Virus record (IMG/VR): IMGVR_UViG_3300005512_002353
Length of the DNA stretch: 64,000 nt
Strand: one strand, 5' to 3'
Source of the DNA: a virus
Lineage: Duplodnaviria; Caudoviricetes
The notes beneath the pieces were generated by a model, which was not told where the DNA came from, made no database searches, and was given only the letters and a program-made list of their open reading frames with translations. Of this stretch, positions 45,627 to 61,000 are shown piece by piece. Both the position numbers and the translations under genes were made by a program. Within the stretch, counting starts at the first letter, position 1. Each line of letters starts with the position of its first letter.

Positions 45627-48600
45627 ATGGCTAAGACTACTAGACAAACATCAATATTTGGAGCGGAAGACTGGAAGAGATTATATCAGACTTTCCGTGA
45701 GGCAGACCTTCAGAGCTATGACTACGAAACACTTCGTAAGTCTATGGTTGACTATCTCAGATTATATTATCCTGAGACATTCAATGACTTTACTGAATCA
45801 AGTGAATTTGTTGCTCTAATGGACTTAATGGCTTTCATGGGCCAAGGTCTTGCTTTCCGTAATGATTTAAATGCACGTGAAAACTTTATTGACACAGCAG
45901 AGCGTAGAGACAGTGTAGTTAAACTAGCAGAGCTAGTAGGATACAAACCTAAACGTAATCAAAACGCACAGGGCTATATTAAAGTCACAGGTGTAACCAC
46001 AACAGAATCAGTCACTGACTACAATGGTAATAACCTTAGTGGTGTAACAGTGCGTTGGAATGATTCAACCAATGCTGACTGGTATGAACAGTTCAATACT
46101 ATAATGAATGCCGCTATGGTATCTAGTCAGCGTTTTGGTCGTCCTGGTCACGGTCAGAGCCTATTAGGTGTGCAGACAGATGAATACGAATTAAATGTAA
46201 CTCCTGGTTACCTACCGGTTGTGCCATTTGAGTCCACAGTGGACGGTGTTGGCATGAGCTTTGAAGTTACTTCAGCAACATCAGCAGACAAGACATATAT
46301 CTATGAACCAGCACCACAACCAGACGGCGCCATGAATGTTCTCTATCGCAATGACAAACTAGGTTATGGTTCAGCAAACACAGGTTACTTCTTTTACTTT
46401 AAACAAGGTTCATTGATTAATCAACAGTTCACACTAGGTGAGCGTATTTCAAATCGTGCTGTTGATATTGCCATTGATGGCGTCAACAATGATGACGTTT
46501 GGTTATTTGAAGTTGAGAACAATACTTTGACAGAATGGTTAAAGGTAGATTCAATTTATGGTGTAGGTGCTACACCTGTGGCAGACGGACAACAAAGAAC
46601 AGTTTACTCAGTAGAAAGTGCGGCCAATGATACAATAACAATTAACTTTGGTGATGGTATATTTGCTAAAATACCAGTAGGCACATATAGAACTTATGTG
46701 AGAACTTCGAATGGTTTAGAATATGTGATTAATCCAAATGAAATTCAATCAGTGACAGTGAGTCTACCATACACATCACGCAATGGTAGAAATGAGCAGA
46801 TCACATTTACACTTGGACTCCAAGAACCAGTAACAAATGCCAAGGCAAGAGAAACTCTAGATGAAATTAAAACCAGAGCTCCTGCCAGATTCTATACACA
46901 GAATAGAATGGTCAACGGTGAAGACTATAACAACTTCCCTTACACACAGTATACATCAATACTAAGATCAAAGGCAGTTGGCAGATCAAGTATTGGTCTT
47001 AATAGATATCTAGATTTGTTAGATCCAACAGGCAAATACTCATCTACTAACGCATTCTGTGCAGATGGCATGCTGTATAGGGACTATCTAGATCCTAACT
47101 ACACATTTACTTTTGTTGATACCAATGACATTTCAGCAAGTATCGCTAATGATCTAGAACCTAAATTATCAGCTCGAGCTATGCGTCATTTTTATAATGA
47201 TAAATTTGCCAGAATTAATCTAACATCAACAGATATATTATGGCAACAGTCAACCACAACAACTAATCAGTCAACTGGTTATTTTAAAACAGCCGCAGGC
47301 GGTGTAATAGCAGTTGGTGATATTGCTTCAGGCAATACAAAATATATTGTCAATGGTGCATTAATTAAATTTGAAGCACCCGCAGGTTATTTCTTTGATA
47401 GTAATAATAAATTAAAAGCAGGCACGCCAACAGGCGCTAACGAAAAATTAGTAGTGTGGGCAACTGTGACAAGCCTGACAGGAGACGGCACTAACTTTGG
47501 TGAAGGTAATCTAGCAGATGGCTCAGGACCTGTAGCATTAAATGATTTCTTACCAACAGGCGCCGACGTAACAGAAGTTATTCCGGTGTTTGTCACAGAC
47601 ATTCCTGCATCAATTGAAACACTGATGATTGAACAGGTTGAACTATATCGTAACTTTGGCATAGGCTTTGACAATCAAACAGGCAACTGGTATATTATTT
47701 CAGCAGATAATTTAAATGAGAATGCTGAATTTAATCTATCATACGCTAAGAACACAGATAGACTACAGCGAGATGCGTCATGGTTAGCACAGTTTACCAC
47801 AGACGGCACGACTTATACAGTAAAATATCGTAATTTAAATTATTATTTTGCTTCAGTGGCTGAAAATAGATTTATTTCAGATTCAAACGACAACATATAT
47901 GATCCTCAAACGGGACAAGTAGTCAATGATTTTGTTAATGTTATTAAAATGAACTCAGGACCTGACTCAAATTCAGCACTGTCAACAGATATTAAATTAG
48001 ATGTTGTTGGACAGGAAGTTGAAACAGACGGATTCATTGACAATTTTAAAATTCTAGTAAGTTATGCAGACTCAGATGCAGATGGTGTAGCAGATAATCC
48101 AGATATATTTAATGATATCGTGGCACCCAGCACCAATGCCGCAACTAAAAAAATATTCTTACAGAAAATCACTGATTTTGATAATCTAGAAAGATATACT
48201 CCGGTAGCGTCTGGTGTGATCAATACACTGTATGCTGACCTAGATGCCATGGAGTTGGCCAAGTCAGAATATCTAGACGGACAAGTGTTTTATGGAACAA
48301 CATCAGGCTTGTTCTATACATTAACAGTGTCCGGAACAACATATACACTGACACAAACAACAGATTATCTAGCAAAAACAGGACGCCAGGACTTATACTT
48401 CCACTATAGACACAATTCAAGTGACAGTAAACGTATTGATCCTGCTATCACAAACATTATTGATTTATATTTGGTCACTAATGCTTACTACACAGCATAT
48501 CAAAACTGGATCAATGATACAACAGGCAAGGTCACAGAGCCAGCACAGCCAACCATTGATGAATTAACGATTGCATACTCAGGATTGAATGATTATAAGA

Positions 48601-49025
48601 TGTTGAGTGACAACATGATCATGAATTCCGTAACATTTAAACCATTATTTGGTGCAAAGGCCGCAACAGAACTACAGGCTAAAATTAAAGTAATCAAATA
48701 TCAAGGTGTTATCACTTCAACCAGTGAAATTAAATCACGTGTCGTAGAAGCAATGAATGAATATTTTACAATTGATAAATGGGACTTTGGTGATACATTC
48801 TATTTCTCAGAATTATCAGCATACCTACATGAACAACTAGGTGATATCGTATCAAGTGTTGTGCTTGTTCCAAATGATCCAACTAAATCATTTGGTGATT
48901 TATACGAAGTCAGATCAGCACCTGACGAGATTTTTGTAAATGCGGCCACAGTTAATGACATTGACGTAGTTGATGCACTAACTTCAAGCGTATTAAGAAC
49001 AGCAACTAACAGTGGGATTGTTTAA
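45627..49025 (+). CDS. Baseplate wedge subunit gp6-like
   Basis: YDYETLR, ARENFIDTAERR.SV..LA...GYKP, FGDG..IP, ET..EIK..AP....TQNRMV..EDY. Confidence 0.9.
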   Translation: MAKTTRQTSIFGAEDWKRLYQTFREADLQSYDYETLRKSMVDYLRLYYPETFNDFTESSEFVALMDLMAFMGQGLAFRNDLNARENFIDTAERRDSVVKLAELVGYKPKRNQNAQGYIKVTGVTTTESVTDYNGNNLSGVTVRWNDSTNADWYEQFNTIMNAAMVSSQRFGRPGHGQSLLGVQTDEYELNVTPGYLPVVPFESTVDGVGMSFEVTSATSADKTYIYEPAPQPDGAMNVLYRNDKLGYGSANTGYFFYFKQGSLINQQFTLGERISNRAVDIAIDGVNNDDVWLFEVENNTLTEWLKVDSIYGVGATPVADGQQRTVYSVESAANDTITINFGDGIFAKIPVGTYRTYVRTSNGLEYVINPNEIQSVTVSLPYTSRNGRNEQITFTLGLQEPVTNAKARETLDEIKTRAPARFYTQNRMVNGEDYNNFPYTQYTSILRSKAVGRSSIGLNRYLDLLDPTGKYSSTNAFCADGMLYRDYLDPNYTFTFVDTNDISASIANDLEPKLSARAMRHFYNDKFARINLTSTDILWQQSTTTTNQSTGYFKTAAGGVIAVGDIASGNTKYIVNGALIKFEAPAGYFFDSNNKLKAGTPTGANEKLVVWATVTSLTGDGTNFGEGNLADGSGPVALNDFLPTGADVTEVIPVFVTDIPASIETLMIEQVELYRNFGIGFDNQTGNWYIISADNLNENAEFNLSYAKNTDRLQRDASWLAQFTTDGTTYTVKYRNLNYYFASVAENRFISDSNDNIYDPQTGQVVNDFVNVIKMNSGPDSNSALSTDIKLDVVGQEVETDGFIDNFKILVSYADSDADGVADNPDIFNDIVAPSTNAATKKIFLQKITDFDNLERYTPVASGVINTLYADLDAMELAKSEYLDGQVFYGTTSGLFYTLTVSGTTYTLTQTTDYLAKTGRQDLYFHYRHNSSDSKRIDPAITNIIDLYLVTNAYYTAYQNWINDTTGKVTEPAQPTIDELTIAYSGLNDYKMLSDNMIMNSVTFKPLFGAKAATELQAKIKVIKYQGVITSTSEIKSRVVEAMNEYFTIDKWDFGDTFYFSELSAYLHEQLGDIVSSVVLVPNDPTKSFGDLYEVRSAPDEIFVNAATVNDIDVVDALTSSVLRTATNSGIV

Positions 49026-52000
49026 TGGCAACAACTAGAATAAGATCGGTAGATCTACTACCTGAGATATTTAGAACTGAAACCAACAAAAAGTTCTTAG
49101 CATCTACCCTAGATCAAATGATCCAACCATCACGCCTACAGCGTGTTGAAGGATATGTTGGTCGTGGCTACGGTCTGGGTGTTAACCCAGCAGACAATTA
49201 TGTTCTAGAGCCAAACAAAGAAAGAACAGACTATCAGTTAGAACCTGCAATCACATATAAAGTTGCTAATACCGATAAAACACGTGATCTAATCACATAT
49301 CCTGAACTGCTTGATGCTATCCAGGTGCACGGTGGCGATGTATCTAGACACGATAGATTATTTTCAAGTGAATTCTATTCATGGGATCCTTTTGTTGATT
49401 ATGATAAGTTTGTTAACTTTGGACAATACTATTGGTTAAGCAGTGGACCTGATCCTGTTGATGTTCAAGCAACTGAAATAGCAACATCAGACTCATACGC
49501 TGTAACACGTCTAGACGATGGATATAATTTAGAAGGACAGGCAGGCGACAATCCAACTATTACGTTGGTCAGGGGCGGCAACTACACATTTGAAGTAGAA
49601 CAAACAGGTAATCCATTCTGGATACAAGCATCACCAGGCACCGACGGAACACTGACACAAACACCAAATATATCAGCAAGAACTATTTTAGGTGTTACCA
49701 ACAACGGTGAGGATAATGGCACAGTAACTTTTAACGTTCCTGACTCGACAGCACAGAATTTTTACTATAATTTAAATGATCTGGGTGATGTAGATCTAGC
49801 AACTGATCTTAAGTTTGATCAAATTAATAATCGTTATGTTGATGAATTCTTAGCAGACACAGATGGAATTGATCAAATTAGAGACCTAGACGGTAGAACC
49901 CTGATCTTTTTAAGTCGCAACACTGAAACAGATCCAGAATTATCAGGATGGCGCATAACAGATCAATTTGACAACGCTAACTTTGATACTACTAATTACG
50001 CACAGGAAACAGCGATATCAACATCAGCACAGCGTTATTCAGTGTGGCGTATTGAATATGTTGCAGGCCCTGATGGCAGAAACTATATTAAATTAAATTC
50101 CACATTATCAGTTCCACAAAATTCAAAGGTAGAAATACAATACGGTTCAGTAAATTCGTCAAGAACATTCTGGAAAAATGCTGAAGGGTTCTTTGAGGAA
50201 CAACCATTACTGACAGCCACAATGGATCAACTATGGTATCAGGATGGTAACGATGCTACTAAGTTTGGTGTAATTAAAATTGTTGACCAAGCAGATCAAT
50301 TAACTCTAGATGTTGAAGATGACATTGTAGGCAAGACAGGATACACATCACCCAATGGTGTTGCGTTTACCAACGGATTAAAAGTTAAATTTCGTGGCAC
50401 CACAGAGCCAGCAGATTATCAGGATAAAGAATATTACGTCGAAGGCGTGGGCACTGCAATTAAATTATTAGCAGTAGCAGATTTTAAAACACCAGAAGAG
50501 TTTACTAATTCAGAAACACTACCGTTTGATTCAACAGCCTATGACGCTTCACCGTGGGATGAGTCATTGAACGCTCCCAAAGATGCAGACTACTACACAA
50601 TTAATCGAGCAAGTTTAGATAAAAATGCTTGGACAAGATCAAATCGTTGGTTCCATGTTGACGTAATTAACAAAACTGCTGAATATAATAATTCAGTGGC
50701 CATACTAGATCAGAATCTGAGAGCGAAAAGACCTGTTGTTGAATTTAAAGCAGGCCTGAGATTATACAACTACGGCACACTGGGCAAAGAAGAAATTGAT
50801 ATTATTGATTTAAATCAAACAGATGCATTGTCAAATGTCAACGGCAAGGTAGGATATTCAACAAACGGCTATGCACTGGTTGACGGTTCTAGAGTTATTT
50901 TTGCCAACGATCTGGATCCAGAAGTAAGAAATAAAATATATCAAGTTGAATTAATTGATGAGGACGGTGTCTCATCAACAGATAAGATTATTAATCTAAC
51001 AGTGGCCAGCGATGGTGTTGTGGCAACAGACGATGTTGTTTATCTATCCAGTGGTGCTACTCTTCAAGGCAAGACATATAGATACAATGGCACTAGTTGG
51101 GTAGAAGCACAGCAGAAAACAACAGTTAATCAGGCACCTTTGTTTGATATTTTTGATGTAAATGGACGTAGCCTAGGTGACAATACATATTACCCATCAA
51201 CAAACTTTAAAGGCACTAAACTATTTTCTTATGCAGAAGGTTCGGGTGCAGTTGATCCGATATTAAATCAAAGATTAAAATACTTAAACATTGACAATGT
51301 GGGCGACATTGTGTTTGATAATAATCTAGAAAAAGACACATTTACCTACACTGTTGATTCAACATCTACTACTAAATCAATTAACTTTGGTTTTGTTCAT
51401 AACTATTCATCAAGAACTGCTTATGATCAAGAAATAGGTTGGAAGAAACATAATAATAAATCAATACAGTATCAAGCTCTAACATTTACTTGGGCTGGTG
51501 TTGATCTGGTATGTGATGTCCCCGCCAAAACATCAGTGGAAAATCCAGTGATTGTTTATGTAAACAATGTTTATCAGGAGCCAAGTAGATATTCTTACAC
51601 AGTGAGTTCAACACAGACCACTGTGACATTTGCTACAAACTACATACCTAAGACAGGTGACAACATTGTTATTCAGATACAAAGTGACGTAGCAAGTTCA
51701 GCAGGCTTTTATGAAGTTCCAGATAATCTAGCAAACAATTCACCTAACGGTTCTTTCAATGACATCACACTAGGAACAATTAGAAATCACTATATTGATC
51801 TTGCACAGCATATCACTAAATTATCAGGACAAGTGCTAGGTAAAAATAATATTAGAGACCTAGGCGATGTTGTTCCTTACGGTAATAAAATTGTTCAACA
51901 AGGCTCGCCACTACAACTAGCGGCCACATTTACTCGTGATTCAAACATTAATTTCTTTGAAGCATTAAACTATGCTAGTCGTGAATATGAAAAATATAAA

Positions 52001-55000
52001 TGGAAATTAATTGAAAGTTATAGTAAAAATGATTTCCAAGGAACGATCAGAGATCAATTAGATCAGGCTATCCAATATGTCAATGAGGGCAAAGAAAATT
52101 CAATGCCGTTTTATTGGTCAGACACAATACCATGTGGTGATGTCTATACAGAAACAAAGTATACAGTAACAGCAATTGATGATGCAATATTTGATCTTAC
52201 TCAAACCTATGACTTTACTAAAGCAAACTACCGAGGTCTATTAGTTTACTTAAATGATGTTCAATTGTTAAAAGATACAGACTACACAGTTCCTGCTAAC
52301 GCGGCTCGAATTAATATATCGGCAACACTAAACACAGGTGATGTGCTGGTAATCAGAGAATATGAAACAACAGCAGGGTCATACTTACCAGCAACACCAA
52401 CAACATTGGGCATGTATGGTCGTTGGGATCCGGAGATTGTCACAGACAACACCTACATAGAACCACAGACTGTTGTTATTGGCCATGACGGTTCTAGAAC
52501 TGTTGGCTTTGGTGATACCAGAGATGACTTATTGTTAGAATTTGAAAAACGCATCTACAATAACATTAAAGTGTCAAAAGATGATGAGCTACCATTGAAA
52601 TATGAAGACGTAGCACCAGGTAAGTTTAGAACAACAGATTACACACAAACTGAAATTACTGAGATACTAGGCACTGACTTCCTGTCATGGGTAGCATGGA
52701 ATAGATTAGACTATAAAGCACAGACATATGACGCAAATGATCAAAAAACATGGAACTATTCATCGGCAGAAGATACAGTTGACGGTGAATTACTACTAGG
52801 ACACTGGAGAGGTATTTTTAACGAGTTTTATGATACTGATACTCCGCACACGCATCCATGGGAAATGATTGGGTTTACAGAAAAACCTGAATGGTGGAAT
52901 ACAAAATATGGTCCTGCACCTTATACGTCAGGCAACGAAGTTCTATGGGATGATTTTGAAGCAGGTCGTGTCTGGGATGGTGTTGATACCTACACTGTAG
53001 ACACGAGATACAAACGTCCAGGACTAACATCAGTTATACCTGTTGACGATGAAGGTAACCTAAGAACAGCATTTGACACAATGACTGGCAAGTATGACAG
53101 CCTAAGTCTTAAGAAGTCTTGGGTAGTTGGCGATCACGGTCCTGTAGAAACAGTATGGCGTAGATCTAGTTCTTGGGCATTCAGTGTAATGCGTTTACTA
53201 GCACTGACCAAACCAGCAGAGTTCTTTGCCCTATACGCAGATAGAGACTTATACAAACGTAACACTGCATTAGATCAAATTGTTTGGAACGGACGTTCTA
53301 GAATTAGAGCAGAAGATATTACAATCTACGGTGCCAGCACACCTAAACATTCTTATATCAACTGGTCAGTAGACTATGCTCGTAAACAAGGTATTGATAC
53401 TAACACAGAAATTAAACAAGTATTAGAAAACATGGATGTTCAACTTGTCTATAGAATGGCAAGTTATTCAGACAAAGAATACTTGAAAGTGTTTACTGAA
53501 AAAACATCGCCTAATTCAAACAATACAAGTTTATTATTACCTGATGAAAGTTATGAAATATTCTTACACAATAACGAAGTGTTTGACACAGCAGAATATT
53601 CATCAGTTATTATACAAAAAACAGATGATGGTTGGGCAGTGTATGGTAATTCAAAATTAAATCCATACTTTGAAATATTCACAAGTATTCCAAACGGTAA
53701 TTATAAAACAGTTCAAGTAGGCTCAGAATCAGTAAGGGTGTCCAGCGACTTTGAAACTACTACAAGTAAAGTTCCATACGGTTATGTGTTTACTAATCGT
53801 TCAACTATGTGTGACTTCTTAATAAGTTACGGACGTGCCCTAGAAGCAAAAGGTATGGTGTTTGATGACACAGACAACAATTACCTGCTTGATTGGACAC
53901 AAATGATCCGTGAGTTCCTCTACTGGAGTCAACAAGGCTGGACCACAGGTTCGTTAATCAACATTAATCCTAATGCTAACAAACTTTATTTAGAAAGAAG
54001 TCAAGCAGTGGTTGCTCCAATTATTGGTCAGACAGCAGATGACTTTATATTAAATCAAAATCTGAGAGCAATTTCGAACAGTGATCTGGTGTTTAATAGA
54101 CAAGAAAATCAATTCGAAGTTAAGACCACAAACGAAAATGCCATATCATATGCCAGGATGAAGATGACCAGTTACGAACACGTTCTGGTGTTCGATAACA
54201 AATCTATCTTTAATGATCTAATATATGATCCAATCACAGGCTCAAGACAAAATAGATTAAAATTAGTTGGTTACAACACAGGCGACTGGAACGGTAACAT
54301 CGAAGCACAAGGGTTCATATTCAACTTTGACAATGTTGTTGAGTGGTCAGGTGTTAACAGATACAGCAAAGGCGACATAGTTCTTTATAAAAATGTTTAC
54401 TACACAGCTGGTGAATCAGTTCCGCCTAGCGATAAATTTGATTATTCAAAATGGTTAGAAACAGAATACGATCGAATCAAGAAAGGTCTACTACCTAACC
54501 TTAGCCTTAAAGCAGATCAATTACGTGACTACTACGATCATAACATAGCAAACTTAGAAGCAGATGCTGATCAGTTAGGTTTCCACTTAGTGGGCTTCAC
54601 AGAAAGAGATTACTTGGCCAACATGGGGCTGAGTGATATCAGTCAGGTCAGAGTCTATGAAAACTTTATTGGTAACAAAGGAACAAGACGTGCAGTTGAT
54701 CTATTTAAATCAGCAAGATTGCCTAAAGAACTGGCAACATATAATGTCTCAGAGAACTGGGCGGTCAAGCAAGGCACATATGGTGCGTCAGCAAACAGAA
54801 GTTTCTATGAACTACGCTTAGACGAAACTAAGATGAGTTCTAACCCATCAACAATAGCACTGTCAGCCAGTGAGCAGTTAGATGTTGATCAGACTGTGGT
54901 GTTATCAGACATTTATAAACAGAGTTATAAAATAGCATCTGCAAACGTATTACCAACCACAGACTATGTGTCAAGTGAGAACAATTTACCAACAGCAGGT

Positions 55001-58000
55001 TACGTCAACACAGATGATGTTGACATTCAAACTTGGAATTTAGATAACCTAGGCTTAATTGCTCCATTTCTAGAAACACTGGGAGAAGGCACAACAATAT
55101 GGGTCGCCAAAGATAATACATATGATTGGAATATCTATAGAGCATCAATAGTTGAGCCAAACTTATTAACAGTAACAGATAACCTAGACGGCACATCCAC
55201 CCTGGCATTCCGTGACAGTCATGGTCTAGCAAAAAATGATATCATTGTAGTTAGATTCTTTGATGCCGCAATTAACTTTGCCTATAGAGTCCAGTCAGTT
55301 CCAGCTCTGCACAAAGTGGTGATTAATCAATCATTGCCAACGGACATTACATTCATTGAAAGCTCAGGCATTGTGTTTAAACTTAACTCAGTGAGAGTAG
55401 CACAACCAAGTGATGTTGCTAATCTACCTTTTGTCAATGAATTAGATCCAGGTAATAGAGTTTGGGTCAACGACAACGGTTACGACGGCTGGCAAGTTTT
55501 AGAAAAAACAAATCCATTTACAAAAGAAAACTCATTTGAACCATATGGTGTTACAGAAAATTCGTTAACTGACGAAACACTGGTCAATACTAACTTTGGA
55601 GCAAGTGTGGCACAGAATGCAGAGAACTTGACTGCTTTAGTGGGTGCTGACAATTATGATTCAGGCACAGGTGCTGTGTTTACCTTTGTTGAAACTGCTA
55701 ATAATGAATTTGCACAGAACTCAATATTAACAGGTGGCACTATCACTAACTTAGAAGGCTATGGTAATGATATTGCTATGGCAGATGAAACATGGGCAGT
55801 GGTAGGTGCTAGTGAATCTAACAATGGCGAAGGTTATGTAATGATTCTCAAACAAGAGAACACAAATTTAATTACAGAACATCAATTAATTGTTAATCCA
55901 AGTGACGCCAACGATGAAGCGGCCTTTGGACATGCTGTGGCTATCAGTGATGATGGTCGTTGGATGTATGCTAGTGCCCCTGGCAAAGATTCAGTGTATG
56001 CTTTCCAAAGAGTAGATAGACAACTACAAAGATTTACAACCACCGGTAACGGGTCAACAACACAATATGATCTCAGTGATTTCATCCTGGCAGATGAACC
56101 AGATCAAATAGCAGTTGTTGTCAATAACGTTGAGTTAGCGGCCAACGCATATACATTTACTAGCTCAGTGTCCTCGACAGGTATATTGACATTAGACACC
56201 GCGGCCGAAGATGGCAAGTCAATAGCAGTAACTAGGAAAGAAAGTGTAAACCTTGAAGGTGATGGTTCAACAACTGAATTTGATATTTCAGGATTATACA
56301 CAGCAGATGGTGAGTATTCAATCACTGTGTTTGTGAACGGTGTGCTACAAAGATTAAACATTGACTATGATTTTGCCTATGATTCATCTGACACGTTTGC
56401 ATTTGCCACTGCACCTGCAGATGGTGCTACAATAGTTGTTCGTTCGAGCGATTACTTTGAATATGTTTCAACGATCGTAGGCACCAAGGGTGAAGACTTT
56501 GGCTATAGTATCGCAACCACAACAGATGGTAGACAGGTGTTAGTTGGTGCCAGACAGGCAAACGGTCAAGGTAAAGTATATGTCTATGACAGAGATGTCG
56601 AAAGATTTGTAGTAACAGATGATACAGATAAGACATACCAAACAGATAAATCACCATTGGGCAGAGCTACTGTTTCTATTAATGGCGAATACATATCAGA
56701 CTCATCAAGATACTTTGGTGGTGCATATACTATCTCAGGTAGCACAGTTACACTAGCAACAGCACCAAACATAGGTGACTTTGTAGAAGTTGAAACTAAT
56801 AACTTCTTATTATTAGATACAATAGAAAAAATTGATTCATTTGCTGATGCAGAGTTTGGTTACGATGTAACAATATGTCCAACTAACTGTTCAGTATATG
56901 CGTCAGCACCAAGTGATGGCTTAGTTGGTCCTTATCAGGGCTCAGTGCAACGTTCAGTAAATCAATCGAGACTGTATGGCACTATCACAGGCACTACAAC
57001 GAACCCAACAGTTACACAAGGCGACAAGATTAGAATTAATAATGTTGTTGTAGAATTTACAGGAACGACTTTAGATCAGGTTGTAACAGATATTAACAAT
57101 GCTATAATACCAAACGTTACAGCATCAAAAACCAATAACAAATTAACAATCAGCCTGACAAACATTAATGCAGGTGAGATTGCTAACAAACTGTATGTTT
57201 ATCCTGCAGGTGATTCAGCAGATGCACTAGATGATCTAGGTTTAGAAATATTTAAAAATGTTCAGACCATCACAAGCCCAGAGCCAGTTAATAATGCTTA
57301 CTTTGGTCAGAGTTTATCTGTAAGTTCAGATGCACTTACTTTAGTAGTTGGTTCACCAAGAGGTGTAAGCAAATTACCAACAACATTTGATTCAGGCACA
57401 ACAGAGTTTGACGGCAATGCTACAGAGTTTAAACAGATAAGAGTTCAGAGCGGTTCAGTTTATACATTTGACTATCTAGGGTCTGCTCCAGAAACAATTA
57501 CTAACCCGGGTAAGTTTGCATTTGGTCAACAGATTGCTGATATCAGTGTTGGCGAACTAAGCGAGTTTGGACATGCTGTTGATTACAGATCAGGTTCAGT
57601 TATTGTTACAAGTCCAGGACACGAGGCAAACGACAACTCAAGTGTTGTAGGTAGAATTGCTATTTGGAATAATCTAGATAGAGCATTTGCTTGGAAAGTG
57701 ATCAGAGAAGAAGCATCAGTGGTAGATATAGAAAAAATTAACGCAGGTTTCATCTACGATAGACTAGACAAAGAAATTAAAACCACACTAGATCATTTTG
57801 ATCCATTACAGGGTAAGATACTTGGTGCTGTTAGACAAAACATTGACATCATAACAGCAACAGATCCAGCTCAATATAATCAAGGTGCTGTTAAAAACTC
57901 AGGACAAACCTGGGGTAAAGAGCATGTTGGTAAGATATGGTGGGACATAGAAAACATTAGATTCATTAATTACTATCAAGGTGATCCAGAATACAGAGCT

Positions 58001-61000
58001 AAACGTTGGGGTCAAGTTTTCCCTGGCTCTACAGCAGAGTTGTATGAGTGGACAGAAAGTTCACAACCACCTGCTAACTATGCTGGTGCAGGAACAGTGT
58101 TGTCTCAAACATCTTACAGTGTGAGGACTAATGTAGCACCAAATGGAACAATAGAAACCAAATACTACTTCTGGGTCAAAGACAATCCAGCATTAGCCAA
58201 AGGTAAAACACTAAGTTCTGCTACAATGAAAGCATACATTGAAGATCCTAAGTCAAGTGGTATTGCATATTTTGCTCCACTGTCAGGGTCAACAGTTGCG
58301 TTATACAACACAGCAAGTTATCTAAGTGCCAGAGATAGAATCATGCACATTGAGTTTGATAAGGTTAAAACAGATAACAATGTTCACGTTGAATATGAAT
58401 TAATTAAAACAAATGACCCAACTGAGTTCTTAAGCACACAGTTATACAAAAAGTTTGTTGACAGTTATGCAGGTTCCGACTCGATTGGTAACAAAGTTCC
58501 TGATCCATTCTTAAGTGAAGCAGATGCATATGGTGTAGAATTCCGTCCTAGACAGTCAATGTTTGAAGACAGATTCAAAGCACTTAAAAATTATATCACT
58601 AGAGCAAACGCAGTGTTTGTAGATCATCCTATTACAGAAATGAGAACACTTGAAATACTATCAAGTGAAGAACAATTACCTGCCGCAGGTAATGGTGCGT
58701 GGGATAAAAAATTAAACACATATGATGAATTAACATATCAAGATTTAAGACTAGTGGCAACTGGTTACAAGTATCTTGTTGTTAATGATTCAACAAATGG
58801 CAATTTATGGACTATCTATGAAGTTCAGGCAGACGATTCTTTACTGTTAACCAGAGTTCAGAACTACAAAACATCAAACTACTGGTCATATGTTGATTGG
58901 TATGCTACAGGCTACTCGAACTTAGATAAACCTAAAGAAGAAGTAGCAACATATTCTAGACTAGCAACAGTTGAATCAAAAGTGTCAACAAGTGACATTG
59001 TTAAAGTTACTGCTAATGCTGACGGTAAGTTTGAGTTGTATGAAAGAACAACAACAGGATGGGATCGTATTGGTCTAGAAGATGGCACGATTGCAATAGA
59101 CTCAAGCATTTATGACTATAGTCTAGGTAGAAATGGGTTTGATGTTGAGGTATTTGATGCACAGTATTTTGATGCTGAGCCCGTGTTAGAAACTAGACAG
59201 ATCATTAAATCAATCAATGATGAAATACTGATTGACGATCTAGCAGATCATAGAATTGATTTAATTAATTTAACATTTGAATATATCAAGAGTGAACAAA
59301 CTGCTGTTAACTGGTTAATGAAAACTTCATTAGTTGACATACAGCATACTCTAAGAGATTTAATACCATACGATATTCTACAAACAGATAACCAAGAGTT
59401 CGTTGAGAAATATATTGAAGAAGTTAAACCTTACCATGTTCAGATCAAAGAGTTTACTTTAAAATATAATGGTGACGAACTATTCCAAGGTGATGCAACT
59501 GACTTTGACTTACCTGCACAGTATGACGCAGTTGAAGAAACATTTATCAGCCCAAGACTGTCGAGTGACGGTGCTGTCGGATCATACTTAGGTAACTCGG
59601 CAATATGGTTATCAGGCCCATACACATCATGGTATAACAACTATTCTCTAAGTATTGATTCTGTTACAATTACAGAAGGTGGTTCAGGATACTTAACAGC
59701 ACCTGCTGTGACCGTAACAGGCACAGCAACAACCACAGCAGTTCTTAAAGCAAGACTTAATACAGCCGGCGAAGTGGTTGAGATTGAAGTTGTTAACGCA
59801 GGCGAAGGATACACAGAACCACCAACAATTACAATATCAGGTGGATCAGGTTCTGGTGCAACAGCAGTTGCTATTACTAGCCCAGGCGCAGTGCGTTCAT
59901 ATAAAACCACAATCAAATATGATAGATATGAATATCAATCAGAGATTGTTGACTGGACAGCAGGAACCACATATGATGCAGGTGATCTTGTAAGATATAA
60001 TAATAAAGTTTACAGAGCTAAAAATGAAGATGACTCAACTCTAGTTGTGTCAGGTGCAACATTTGATCCAGATGATTTTGAAGTAGTCACAGCAGACGAA
60101 CTAACAGGTGTCAACAGAACCAGAGGTTTTTATGCACCAGCAATCAATGAACCAGGTATTGATCTAGGTTTATTAATAAATGGCATCGATTACCCAGGTG
60201 TCCAAGTTGAAGGTCCAACATATAGCCAGAACACAGGGTTTGATGTTGGTAACTATGATATTAATCCATGGGATAACTTAGACTTTGGTGATGAAGGACG
60301 TCCAAGTTATTCAGAAACTATACTTGATACAAAATATGCTCCAGGTGACTATACTGACACATATCTAGGAACACTAGCAACAGACATTAATGTTGATGGT
60401 GGTGCTTATATTGATACTTACTCAAGTCATTCACCAGAAGAACTAGTTCCAAGTTCAATCTTTGACACATTAAACATCAAAGTGTTTACACGTCCAGGTT
60501 TTGACTATGATGGTGATGGACATGGTGCTCCATACAAATCAGAAATGTTTGAGTATGCTGGCACTGAAACAACATTTAGTTTTGCTAACTTAATTGAAAA
60601 CCCGTTTGCTGTTAGAGCATTTAATGTAACCACAGGTTTAACATTGAGATTTGAATATGTTGATCCAGCAGTTAACACAGTTGACTACACAGTAGATTGG
60701 AAAAACAAAACAATTACATTCAACGGCAACGGCATTTCAGTTGGTGATGTTTTAAGAATTGAATCATACGGCATTGGCGGCGGCGATCAACTATGGGTTG
60801 ACAACTATAACGTTGCTGACTACTTGATAGATGATTCGAGTGAAGGTTTATACATTGATGTTCCTGTTAAGTTTGAAGAAATATATGAAGCGATGATCAA
60901 ATGTAATGGTTCACGTATTACAAACTATACATTCTCATCCATAGACGACTATACAACAAGGATTACATTTGGCACACAAGATATGGATGGTGACGGTAAC